DNA of 64,000 bases, taken from positions 764,212 through 828,211 of the forward strand of contig CBFHKO010000001.1 of NCBI GenBank assembly GCA_965656445.1, read 5' to 3'. The first letter of the stretch is position 1. Each line of letters begins with the position of its first letter. The DNA is from an uncultured Rhodobacteraceae bacterium (GTDB lineage: Bacteria > Pseudomonadota > Alphaproteobacteria > Rhodobacterales > Rhodobacteraceae). The notes under the pieces were generated by a model. The model worked only from the letters and a program-made list of their open reading frames with translations. It made no database searches and was not told the DNA's origin. Of the stretch, positions 48,360-57,000 are shown in pieces. The position numbers were made by a program, and so were the translations under genes.

Positions 48360-49058
48360 GTGTCGGACGCTCCTATCATTGCGCTCAGAAATGTCCAGTT
48401 TCGCTGGTCGGGGCAGTCCTCATTTGCAATCACAGTTCCAAACTTCACTGTTCATAAGGGCGAAACGGTTCTTTTATTGGGGTCCAGTGGGTCTGGGAAA
48501 TCAACGCTCTTGTCTCTGATATGCGGCACCATTCTCGCCAACACTGGGCATGTGTCTGTTGACGGAACCGATTTAAAGACCCTGTCAGGCTGGTCCAGAG
48601 ACCGCTTTCGGGCTGATCATATTGGGATTGTGTTTCAGCAGTTTAATTTGCTGCCCTTTGGGTCGGTATTGGACAACATTTTGTTACCATTACAATTTGC
48701 ACCCAAGCGACGACACCGCTGCCTTGCACCCAAACAAACGGCAATGGACCTGTGCCAATCCCTCGCCCTTCCGCAAGAGATCACCATGTCCAAAGCCTCA
48801 AACCTAAGCGTCGGGCAACAACAGCGCGTTGCTGTTGCGCGGGCGTTAATCGGAGAACCGCCCATTTTGATAGCGGATGAACCGACATCCTCGCTTGATG
48901 AAACGGCTCAGTCTAGCTTTTTGAACTTGATGTTCGATCAAGTTGCTAGTCTCGGATCGACCCTCGTTATGGTCAGCCATGATCCACGCCTCGGTCAACG
49001 ATTTGATCGTGTGGTGCAGATGGATGATATCGTCACCATCGAAAGGCACGCGACATGA
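48360..49058 (+). CDS. ABC transporter ATP-binding protein (ZrgB-like)
   Basis: GSSGSGKSTLL, LSVGQQQRVAVARAL and LIADEPTSSLD. GTG start at 48360, 2 nt after the upstream stop. Confidence 0.87.
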   Translation: MSDAPIIALRNVQFRWSGQSSFAITVPNFTVHKGETVLLLGSSGSGKSTLLSLICGTILANTGHVSVDGTDLKTLSGWSRDRFRADHIGIVFQQFNLLPFGSVLDNILLPLQFAPKRRHRCLAPKQTAMDLCQSLALPQEITMSKASNLSVGQQQRVAVARALIGEPPILIADEPTSSLDETAQSSFLNLMFDQVASLGSTLVMVSHDPRLGQRFDRVVQMDDIVTIERHAT

Positions 49059-50305
49059 TTTTGCGTCTCGCATTTGGATCGCTATTGGCGCGGGCCTTGA
49101 CCGTCGCAATGACGATTTTGGCCATCGCTTTATCCGTTGCGCTTTTTCTTGGCGTTGAAAAAGTGCGCACTGGAGCGAAGGCAAGTTTCGCGGACACGAT
49201 TTCAGCAACCGATTTGATTGTTGGGGCGCGGTCCGGATCTGTGCAATTGCTGTTATATTCCGTCTTCCGCATTGGGAATGCCACCAACAATGTCACATGG
49301 CAAAGCTATCAAGAGATAGCGCAACGACCAGAAGTGGACTGGAGCGTTCCCATATCCTTGGGCGACAGCCATAGACAATTCCGCGTTATGGGAACGAGCG
49401 TGGATTTCTTTGAACACTATAAATATCGCCAAGGACGCAGCCTCAGCTTTGCTCAGGGGCAGGTGATGTCTGACCTATTCGACACTGTTATCGGCCATGA
49501 CGTGGCAAAGACGTTGGGATACACTGTCAACGATCCAATCGTTGTCGCACATGGACTGGCATCATTCACAGAGCACAAAGACCAGCCTTTCAAAGTCATC
49601 GGAATTCTAGAGAAAACCGGCACACCCGTCGATAGAACCGTTATCGTCTCTATGGAGGCCATCGAAGCGATCCACGTGGATTGGAAACGCGGCGCCAAAG
49701 TTCCGGGGCAAACAACCCCAGTGAACGCCATTCGCCAAATGGACCTTACCCCCAAGGCGGTGACTGCCGCGCTTGTCGGCGTGAAAAGCCCGCTTCAAAC
49801 GTTCAAACTTCAACGCGCCATTAACAATTATTCACAAGAGCCGCTTCTTGCCATCCTTCCTGGTGTCGCCCTCCAAGAGCTATGGGGCATCGTGGGGATT
49901 GCAGAAACGGCGCTCTTGGCGGTCTCTGCAATGGTTGTGGTCACCGCGCTCATTGGCATGATGGCCACCATTTTTTCCAGCCTCAGCGAAAGACGCCGAG
50001 AAATGGCAATCTTTCGCGCGATGGGGGCAAGCCCGATGGCGATCCTTGGGCTTTTGATCATTGAAGCGACACTCACCGCGGCAGTTGGCGCGATCTTGGG
50101 GCTTGGGTTGCTCTATGGTGGATTAGTCATCGCACAGCCTATCATCGATGCCTCCTTTGGTCTCTTCCTCACAATTGACCCACCCTCTGTGAGAGAGCTA
50201 TTCGTCTTAATATCGGTAATTTTAGCAGGCGCGATTGTCAGCATCGTCCCTGCGCTGCGGGCCTACCGCTTGTCTTTGGCTGACGGTATGATGGTGAAAA
50301 CATGA
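49055..50305 (+). CDS. FtsX/MacB-type ABC transporter permease (ZrgC-like)
   Basis: 416 aa: TM1, a large periplasmic domain, then 3 C-terminal TM segments. ATGA overlap with the ATPase gene. Confidence 0.85.
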   Translation: MILRLAFGSLLARALTVAMTILAIALSVALFLGVEKVRTGAKASFADTISATDLIVGARSGSVQLLLYSVFRIGNATNNVTWQSYQEIAQRPEVDWSVPISLGDSHRQFRVMGTSVDFFEHYKYRQGRSLSFAQGQVMSDLFDTVIGHDVAKTLGYTVNDPIVVAHGLASFTEHKDQPFKVIGILEKTGTPVDRTVIVSMEAIEAIHVDWKRGAKVPGQTTPVNAIRQMDLTPKAVTAALVGVKSPLQTFKLQRAINNYSQEPLLAILPGVALQELWGIVGIAETALLAVSAMVVVTALIGMMATIFSSLSERRREMAIFRAMGASPMAILGLLIIEATLTAAVGAILGLGLLYGGLVIAQPIIDASFGLFLTIDPPSVRELFVLISVILAGAIVSIVPALRAYRLSLADGMMVKT

Positions 50306-50808
50306 GTGCTATGAATCGCAGACCCCTCTTATCAATAGGCTTGGCTGGAACAGTCTTTCCCAATCTCGGACTTGCAAAAACACCGCTTGAGATTGGGTGG
50401 GATGACCTCATTCCACCAGGTGTCCCCTATGCAGAAATCATAGGTGAAGGCGAGCTGGACGAAGCCAATGATACGTGGAATCCAATCTTTGATGCCAATG
50501 CAACCAAGCTGAACTCAGCCTTGGATGGCGCTTACATAAGAATGCCTGGATTTATCATTCCAATTGAGATGGGGTCTGATGGCGTGACCGAATTCGTTTT
50601 GGTGCCCTATGTCGGCGCCTGCATTCACACGCCCCCTCCTCCACCCAATCAATTGGTCCTCGTCCGCACAATCGACCCTTGGCCAAGTGACAACCTTTGG
50701 GATGCCGTTTGGGTTGTAGGCTTGATGGGAACTCAACTCATGTCCACCGAAGTGGCCGAAACAGGGTATGTTTTAACGGCGGAGAAAATGGAAATTTATG
50801 AATGGTGA
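50302..50808 (+). CDS. DUF3299 domain protein, Tat-like signal (NRRPLLSIG)
   Basis: EFVLVPYVGACIHTPPPPPNQLV is the DUF3299 hallmark as I recall it. ATGA overlap with the permease gene. Confidence 0.72.
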   Translation: MSAMNRRPLLSIGLAGTVFPNLGLAKTPLEIGWDDLIPPGVPYAEIIGEGELDEANDTWNPIFDANATKLNSALDGAYIRMPGFIIPIEMGSDGVTEFVLVPYVGACIHTPPPPPNQLVLVRTIDPWPSDNLWDAVWVVGLMGTQLMSTEVAETGYVLTAEKMEIYEW

Positions 50809-50831
50809 GCAACGGGATCCGCGCCAAATAT

Positions 50832-50908
50832 TGGCGACCCCGGCAGGATTCGAACCTGCAACCTGCCCCTTAGGAGGGGGCTGCTCTATCCAGTTGAGCC
50901 ACGGAGCC
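50832..50908 (-). tRNA. tRNA-Arg (anticodon CCU)
   Basis: The reverse complement folds by hand as GGCUCCG-UG-GCUC-AACUGGAUA-GAGC-A-GCCCC-CUCCUAA-GGGGC-AGGUU-GCAGG-UUCGAAU-CCUGC-CGGGGUC-G-CCA. 77 nt with an encoded CCA. Confidence 0.9.
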
Positions 50909-51038
50909 TTGCCCATGGTTTAATCGGTTGTCAAACCAATGTCACCCCTGACATCTGCGTGGTTCTTAGTGTTTGTGCATTCTTGCGTCACGATATAAAG
51001 TTGGGTTACAGTCTCATTAAAAGACAAGGATTTCCAGA

Positions 51039-52058
51039 TTGAGCAGGCCAACGCATCGTCCTTTGACGCTTCGAGATGTTTCAGAGGCATCAGGTGTTTC
51101 GGAAATGACTGTCAGCCGCGTGTTGCGCGATCGTGGTGACGTGTCCCAAGCAACCAGAGAAAAGGTTTTATTGGCCGCGAAAACACTGGGCTATGTTCCG
51201 AACAAAATTGCAGGTGCACTTGCGAGCCAACGGGTGAATTTGGTCGCGGTTATTATTCCCTCCATGTCAAATATGGTGTTCCCCGAAGTCATGACGGGGA
51301 TCAATTCTGTTCTGGAAAATACCGATCTCCAGCCAGTTGTGGGCATTACGGATTACCTTCCTGAGAAAGAAGAAAAAGTTCTCTATCAAATGCTGTCATG
51401 GCGGCCCTCTGGTGTGATCATTGCGGGGTTAGAGCATTCCGACGCCTCCAAAGCGATGCTCCGCGCGGCGGGTATTCCAGTGGTGCAAATCATGGATATC
51501 GATGGCGAGGCGATTGATTGCGCGGTCGGGATTTCGCATCGACGGGCTGGACGCCAAATGGCCCAAGCGATCATTGAGGCAGGGTACAAAAAGATCGGCT
51601 TTATGGGCACAAAAATGCCCCTCGATCACAGGGCACGCAAACGATTTGAAGGCTTTACTGAGGTTCTCGCCAAAGCGGGGATCGAAACCGTTGATCAAGA
51701 GTTTTACTCTGGCGGCTCGGCCCTTGCTAAGGGGCGTGATATGACGGCTGATATGTTGACCCGCCATTCTGACATCGATTTTTTCTATTATTCCAATGAC
51801 ATGATTGGGGCTGGTGGGCTTTTGTATCTACTGGAACAGGGCATTTCCATTCCCACGGATATTGGGCTTGCTGGGTTTAACGGGGTTGAGCTGTTGCAGG
51901 GGCTTCCCATGCAGCTTGCCACAATGGATGCCTGTCGGTCAGAAATTGGTGTGAAAGCGGCTCAGATCATAGCCAATCAAATTCAAGGTATAGCGCCAGA
52001 GCAAAAGATTGTTGAATTGTCTCCCAAGCTAAATTTCGGCGACACCTTGCGCAAATAA
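51039..52058 (+). CDS. LacI family transcriptional regulator
   Basis: LTLRDVSEASGVSEMTVSRVLRD HTH plus a periplasmic-binding-protein-like sugar domain. TTG start with an AAGGA RBS. Confidence 0.88.
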   Translation: MSRPTHRPLTLRDVSEASGVSEMTVSRVLRDRGDVSQATREKVLLAAKTLGYVPNKIAGALASQRVNLVAVIIPSMSNMVFPEVMTGINSVLENTDLQPVVGITDYLPEKEEKVLYQMLSWRPSGVIIAGLEHSDASKAMLRAAGIPVVQIMDIDGEAIDCAVGISHRRAGRQMAQAIIEAGYKKIGFMGTKMPLDHRARKRFEGFTEVLAKAGIETVDQEFYSGGSALAKGRDMTADMLTRHSDIDFFYYSNDMIGAGGLLYLLEQGISIPTDIGLAGFNGVELLQGLPMQLATMDACRSEIGVKAAQIIANQIQGIAPEQKIVELSPKLNFGDTLRK

Positions 52059-52082
52059 AAAGCCCCGCTTGAACGGGGCTTT
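52057..52082. terminator. Bidirectional intrinsic terminator (AAAAAGCCCCG-CTTGAA-CGGGGCTTT)
   Basis: Between the convergent LacI-family gene and the DUF465 gene. Confidence 0.75.
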
Positions 52083-52088
52083 GGTGGT

Positions 52089-52253
52089 CTAACTGGATAA
52101 TCGCGAGATTTCTTCTTTAAGTCGGAGCTTTTGTTTTTTGAGTTCTAGGATTTTTAGGTCATCCACACCAGGAGACCGCTGTGCGACCTCAACTGCGTCG
52201 GATAGAGATTGGTGTTTTTTCTTAAGTTCTTGAACATGAGAAAGTACGCTCAT
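52089..52253 (-). CDS. DUF465 (YdcH-like) small protein
   Basis: MSVLSHVQELKKKHQSLSDAVEVAQRSPGVDDLKILELKKQKLRLKEEISRL. Start set at the internal ATG 52253. Confidence 0.7.
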   Translation of the reverse strand: MSVLSHVQELKKKHQSLSDAVEVAQRSPGVDDLKILELKKQKLRLKEEISRLSS

Positions 52254-52353
52254 TAAAATATCTCCTTTGAACTGAACAAGATTAGTCCACCACAGAAACT
52301 GAGTCTTGTCACGCTGCACATGCATAATCAAAAGGCGTATATGAGTGATTAAT

Positions 52354-53109
52354 TTAGCTCATTGGTATAGGTAATGCTGCACCATGGCGAAGGACGCGTT
52401 GGATATCCTCGCGATAGCTTTCGCCATCTTTACCATGCTGAGCCCCCTCATGCATGATGATTGGCGCCTCTAATCGGAACGCAGCACGCCCCAATTTCCT
52501 CGCGCGCAGAATGAACAATTCGCTCGCTCGTCCAACGCGTGGCTGAATTGGGAACATCTGCAAACTTCCCAACGTAGATGGCATCGCATTTAGCAAATCA
52601 GGGAAACGCTCGGTTCGAAAAATAAAACTGACGGTTCCTTTCGTTCGGACACGTTTTGACGCAACCGTGACCCAGTCTTTTAACGCGGTGGCCTCTCCCA
52701 TTGCTGTCTCACGACCTGCATCACTAGCCGCAACAGTAGCATCGCGGTCAAAATATGGGGGGTTCATCAACACATGATCAAAGGTCTGTGATTTCAACTC
52801 ATCCGGTAAATGTGCAAGGTCCGCACATTGTACTGACAGCGGTACATCGTTTTCTTTGGCGTTCTTAAGCGCAAGATCGGCATATGCTCTTTGTAATTCG
52901 ACCCCATGGACCGTCAAACCCGTAACCCGTTTCGCTAAACACAGGGAGGCAACGCCAACACCACAGCCAAGCTCAAGCACCATTTGACCCTGTTTCGCAG
53001 GGATAGACGCCGCAAGCATGACGGGATCTATCCCTGCACGATAGCCAGATTTGGGTTGGTGGACCAAGAGGCGGCCCCCCAGAAATTTATCTAATGTTGT
53101 TTCCATCAA
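52354..53109 (-). CDS. Class I SAM-dependent N6-adenine-type methyltransferase (TrmN6/YfiC-like)
   Basis: VLELGCGVGVASL SAM motif and the MNPPYF catalytic motif. Confidence 0.8.
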   Translation of the reverse strand: MMETTLDKFLGGRLLVHQPKSGYRAGIDPVMLAASIPAKQGQMVLELGCGVGVASLCLAKRVTGLTVHGVELQRAYADLALKNAKENDVPLSVQCADLAHLPDELKSQTFDHVLMNPPYFDRDATVAASDAGRETAMGEATALKDWVTVASKRVRTKGTVSFIFRTERFPDLLNAMPSTLGSLQMFPIQPRVGRASELFILRARKLGRAAFRLEAPIIMHEGAQHGKDGESYREDIQRVLRHGAALPIPMS

Positions 53110-53321
53110 AACGAACCAGTGATGCCTTGATCCTCTAATAAATCAACAGCTTCGTCCCATTGGCTTTCGACAACCATGACACGACGCGGCAAAATGCCAA
53201 TTGACCCTTCTAACGTACTCGTATTTACGTCTAGCTCAAAGGTCGCTATACCCACATCGTCTAAGATCGTCTTAACATAAGAGACCAGCACGATATCGTT
53301 CGTTCGCAAAAGTTCTTTCAT
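53106..53321 (-). CDS. DUF2007-like small protein
   Basis: 71 aa (MKELLRTNDIVLVSYVKTILDDVGI...). ATGA overlap with the downstream methyltransferase gene. Confidence 0.6.
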   Translation of the reverse strand: MKELLRTNDIVLVSYVKTILDDVGIATFELDVNTSTLEGSIGILPRRVMVVESQWDEAVDLLEDQGITGSF

Positions 53322-53379
53322 GGTATAGATGTAGGATTACCGGACGATAAAGTCGATACCGTTCTGAGGAGCAAAAGCC

Positions 53380-54375
53380 GTGACGGAAGTTTTGGATAAA
53401 CCACACACCCTATTAGCGGACAGGCTCGCTCCGCAGATGCAGGCTGTGAACGACCTTATTCGGGACCGTATGGCATCCAAACATGCACCTCGCATTCCTG
53501 AAGTAACGGCGCATTTGGTTGATGCAGGCGGCAAACGGCTTCGGCCCTTGCTGACCATCGCAGCTGCAGAGCTCTGTGGCTACACGGGTCCCTATCATGT
53601 CCATTTAGCGGCGACTGTTGAATTCATTCACACCGCAACATTGCTGCATGATGACGTCGTCGATGAAAGCCAACAAAGACGTGGACGCGCCACTGCAAAT
53701 CTTTTGTGGGACAATAAATCCTCAATTCTCGTTGGGGATTACCTCTTTTCCCGCGCCTTTCAATTGATGGTCGAACCCGGCTCGCTTCGGGTTTTGGATA
53801 TTTTGTCCACTGCGTCAGCCACGATTGCCGAAGGTGAAGTTCTCCAATTAACGGCCTCACGCGATATAACGACCTCTGAGGAGACTTATTTACAGGTCGT
53901 TCGTGGCAAAACGGCGGCCCTGTTTTCAGCCGCAACTGAGGTTGGTGGTGTCATTGCAGAAGCAGATTCACAGCATACGCAGGCGCTCTTTGATTATGGC
54001 GATGCCCTCGGAGTCGCGTTCCAGATCGTTGACGATTTGTTAGATGTTGTCGGCGACAGCAAATCGACAGGCAAAAATATCGGCGATGATTTCCGTGAGC
54101 GCAAGCTAACGCTTCCTTTGATCAAGGCTATTGCCGCAGGCGATGAGCATGAACGCGTCTTTTGGAAACGGACTATCGAAAAAGGCGACCAGCACGAGGG
54201 CGACCTTGATCATGCGATCAACCTGATGAAAAACCACGGCGCAATTGAGGCGACCCGCCAAGATGCGCTGATGTGGGCTCAAAAAGCACAGGTTGCTATT
54301 CGTACGCTACCAGAGCATCCATTACGGGATATCTTGGATGATCTCGCACTTTATGTGGTTGAGCGCATCAAATAA
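53380..54375 (+). CDS. ispB: Long-chain polyprenyl diphosphate synthase (octa-/decaprenyl, ubiquinone side chain)
   Basis: DDxxD motifs LLHDDVVDES and FQIVDDLLD. GTG start with a GAGGAG RBS. Confidence 0.9.
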   Translation: MTEVLDKPHTLLADRLAPQMQAVNDLIRDRMASKHAPRIPEVTAHLVDAGGKRLRPLLTIAAAELCGYTGPYHVHLAATVEFIHTATLLHDDVVDESQQRRGRATANLLWDNKSSILVGDYLFSRAFQLMVEPGSLRVLDILSTASATIAEGEVLQLTASRDITTSEETYLQVVRGKTAALFSAATEVGGVIAEADSQHTQALFDYGDALGVAFQIVDDLLDVVGDSKSTGKNIGDDFRERKLTLPLIKAIAAGDEHERVFWKRTIEKGDQHEGDLDHAINLMKNHGAIEATRQDALMWAQKAQVAIRTLPEHPLRDILDDLALYVVERIK

Positions 54376-55213
54376 AGCTTTGGAAACAGGTGTGCCCCTT
54401 GGCGACCCACCAATTTGGATGCTTTGACTGTATGTCATGGGCCAAACGCGTGGCGTCATCTGCGTCCTTCATGATGGCAAAACAGGTGGCACCAGACCCG
54501 GACATCCGCGCCAAAAGCGTGCCCTCATCTGCCTCAAGACACGTTAGGACATCTGCGATCACAGGTTCCAGCTCTATCGCAGGAGCTTGTAGATCATTAC
54601 GCTGATCCCTGAGCCAATCCAACCAATGGGCGCCCATCAAATCAGGCATGACGCTCATTGGTGAATTTTGCTTGCTCGCTAAAGCATTGAAGACATCAGG
54701 GGTTGAGACCTCAACACGCGGATTGACGAGCAGAATGGAATAGTCTGGGGGCGCGCAAATGGGATCGAGCTTATCCCCGATACCCTGCATGCGGGTCAAA
54801 AACGGCGACATGCAAACAGGGATATCCGCCCCCAAGACGCTGAGATCACGGACAGAGGGCATGGGAATATCCCACAAACGAGACAAGGCCCGGATTGTCG
54901 CCGCTGCATCAGACGATCCCCCACCGATCCCAGAGGCAGGCGGCAAATTCTTTTCCAATGTAATCTGTGCCCCGCGCGTATCCGACAACATGCGGGCCGC
55001 ACGCATGACCAAATTCGACCCATCGCTTGGAACACCCTCTGCGAAAGGGCCGCTCACAGTTAGCGTTAGATCATCCGCCTCTTGAACAGTGATATGATCC
55101 CCGACATCTACCATCACCACCATGGAATCCAATTGGTGATAGCCATTTGCGGTCATCCCCGTCACATGGAGTGAGAGGTTCACCTTAGCCGGAGCGAATG
55201 TCTTAATCGTCAT
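54368..55213 (-). CDS. ispE: 4-(cytidine 5'-diphospho)-2-C-methyl-D-erythritol kinase
   Basis: FAPAKVNLSLHVTG and the GHMP motif PPASGIGGGSSDAAA. Start set at ATG 55213; the track ORF starts at 55261. Confidence 0.9.
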   Translation of the reverse strand: MTIKTFAPAKVNLSLHVTGMTANGYHQLDSMVVMVDVGDHITVQEADDLTLTVSGPFAEGVPSDGSNLVMRAARMLSDTRGAQITLEKNLPPASGIGGGSSDAAATIRALSRLWDIPMPSVRDLSVLGADIPVCMSPFLTRMQGIGDKLDPICAPPDYSILLVNPRVEVSTPDVFNALASKQNSPMSVMPDLMGAHWLDWLRDQRNDLQAPAIELEPVIADVLTCLEADEGTLLARMSGSGATCFAIMKDADDATRLAHDIQSKHPNWWVAKGHTCFQSFI

Positions 55214-56897
55214 TTTGAACCAAAGACAAAGGCTCTGCGCCTTCTTCAGCCAAAACCGCATCTAAACCAACGTCTAGCTTGCGACGAATACGCTCTGCTT
55301 CTTTGTCTACGGGGTCAAAGGACAAGGCCCGCTGCCATTGAAACTGAGCCTCAAGCTTGCGACCAACGGCCCAATAGGCATCACCCAAGTGATCGTTCAC
55401 AATCGGATCAATCGACATCAGTTCTGCCGCTCGTTCCAAATAAGGAACAGCCTCACTGTATTTGCCCAAACGGAACAGAACCCAACCCAAGCTATCAATG
55501 ATATAACCACTGTCAGGGCTCAGATCGACGGCTGTTTCGATCATCTCTTGGGCTTCTTTTAGATTGATGCGTTTTTCAACCATTGAATACCCAAGATAAT
55601 TTAGAACCTGTGGTTGGTTTGGTGCCAGCTCTAAGGCGCGCCGAAAATCCGCCTCGGCAGGATCCCAAAGATCCAGCCTTTCATAGGCGATGGCACGACC
55701 ATAAACAGTAAACCACTGTGATCTTTCAGGGGTTTCAAACAAGGCGATGGCTTTGTCATAGGCATCAATGGCCGCTTCAAATTGTTCTTCTCGGCGCAGC
55801 ACATTTCCTAAGCTGGTGTGAACGTCTGAAATATCTGCATGTGTCCGTGCAAGTTGACTTAGGGCTTCTATCGCCCCATCCACATTGCCAGATTTGCGCA
55901 ACGTCTCGGCCCGACCCATTTCCGCCACGTGATAAATAGGGCTGTCTTGGGGTATTTTACGATACACTTGAGTTGCAAGTTTGTATTGCTCCAGACGGTC
56001 CAAAATTTTTGCGTTCAGCAGGATAACATCAATATGATCTGGACTGAGGTATTCAGCCAACCTGCCATAAACCAAGGTATATTCGTCATCTGCCTCAGTG
56101 CTCAGAACATCTGCTATGGCAAAAAACACTTCGGCAATTCCCAAAGATGCCGAATTAATGGGAAAGGCGGTTTCGCCCTCTTCGTCAATTAGCTGCCGCA
56201 GTGCTGCAAGCTCAGGATCCATGTCACCTTTGAACAATGCGTCCATATAGGTTGCGGCTTTGGCGTAATCTTGTAACTGGATCATCCCCTTGATCCGCAA
56301 AATAACGGCACGGCGTGTCATTTGCGTGGGGTCATTTTCCACACTCGCAAAATGGCCCTCTGCCGCCGCGTACTCCCCCACGGAGGCGAGCATGACCGCT
56401 TTGTGATAGGCTGCAAATCCCGCCAAACCCGGCTCTTGGCCCAAGGCATCAAATGCCGCGCTTGCAGCTTGGACATCACCCGCACCAGCAAAGGCCCACC
56501 CTTTGATAAGCCCATCAACTAGGTGCCCGATCCCTTGGTTGTTTTTGATGTGATCAGAAATTTGGTCAAATCGACCTTGCTTTGCCAACTCAGCAATTAT
56601 CGCCATATTTGCAAATTGGCTTTCAAATCCGTCCGCGGTGAATTTGTCAGCAATGGTTTTGGCTCTGTCGATCTGGCCCAAGGCAATATGAGCAAAGATC
56701 AAACGTTCAAAGGTTTGTGGATTGCTCTGATCCAAGGCCAGAGCGCGCGTGTAATATTGAGCGGCGCTTTGAAAATCGCTTTGTTGGGTTGCAATTTTGC
56801 CCGCCAAATAGGCTCCTGCGGCGCCACCTGCATTACTCGGCACCGTGGACAGCGTGAACAAACATGCGGCAGACATAGCAATAATAGACAAGCGCAT
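55203..56897 (-). CDS. Secreted tetratricopeptide-repeat protein
   Basis: Signal peptide followed by many TPR-like A-x-x-Y/F-x-x-A-L repeats. Confidence 0.8.
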   Translation of the reverse strand: MRLSIIAMSAACLFTLSTVPSNAGGAAGAYLAGKIATQQSDFQSAAQYYTRALALDQSNPQTFERLIFAHIALGQIDRAKTIADKFTADGFESQFANMAIIAELAKQGRFDQISDHIKNNQGIGHLVDGLIKGWAFAGAGDVQAASAAFDALGQEPGLAGFAAYHKAVMLASVGEYAAAEGHFASVENDPTQMTRRAVILRIKGMIQLQDYAKAATYMDALFKGDMDPELAALRQLIDEEGETAFPINSASLGIAEVFFAIADVLSTEADDEYTLVYGRLAEYLSPDHIDVILLNAKILDRLEQYKLATQVYRKIPQDSPIYHVAEMGRAETLRKSGNVDGAIEALSQLARTHADISDVHTSLGNVLRREEQFEAAIDAYDKAIALFETPERSQWFTVYGRAIAYERLDLWDPAEADFRRALELAPNQPQVLNYLGYSMVEKRINLKEAQEMIETAVDLSPDSGYIIDSLGWVLFRLGKYSEAVPYLERAAELMSIDPIVNDHLGDAYWAVGRKLEAQFQWQRALSFDPVDKEAERIRRKLDVGLDAVLAEEGAEPLSLVQNDD

Positions 56898-56965
56898 GGC
56901 GAGACCCTTTCAAAACGATACAATAAACTTAGTACGGGATAAGGGGAGTAGCAACTGGCAGCGCA

Positions 56966-56994
56966 ATAAAAAAGGGCGGCCTTTGTCGCCGCCC
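56966..56994 (-). terminator. Rho-independent terminator after the ETF-QO gene
   Basis: On the minus strand, GGGCGGC-GACAAAG-GCCGCCC followed by TTTTTT. Confidence 0.75.
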
Positions 56995-57000
56995 TGTTGA

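Noticed and set aside
50809-51038. tRNA-Arg(CCU) as the attachment site of a genomic island; the zrg cluster lies on its 3' side.
   Set aside because: I could find no integrase or mobility gene, and no direct repeat of the tRNA 3' end, by eye in the window. The flanking genes look like core genes.
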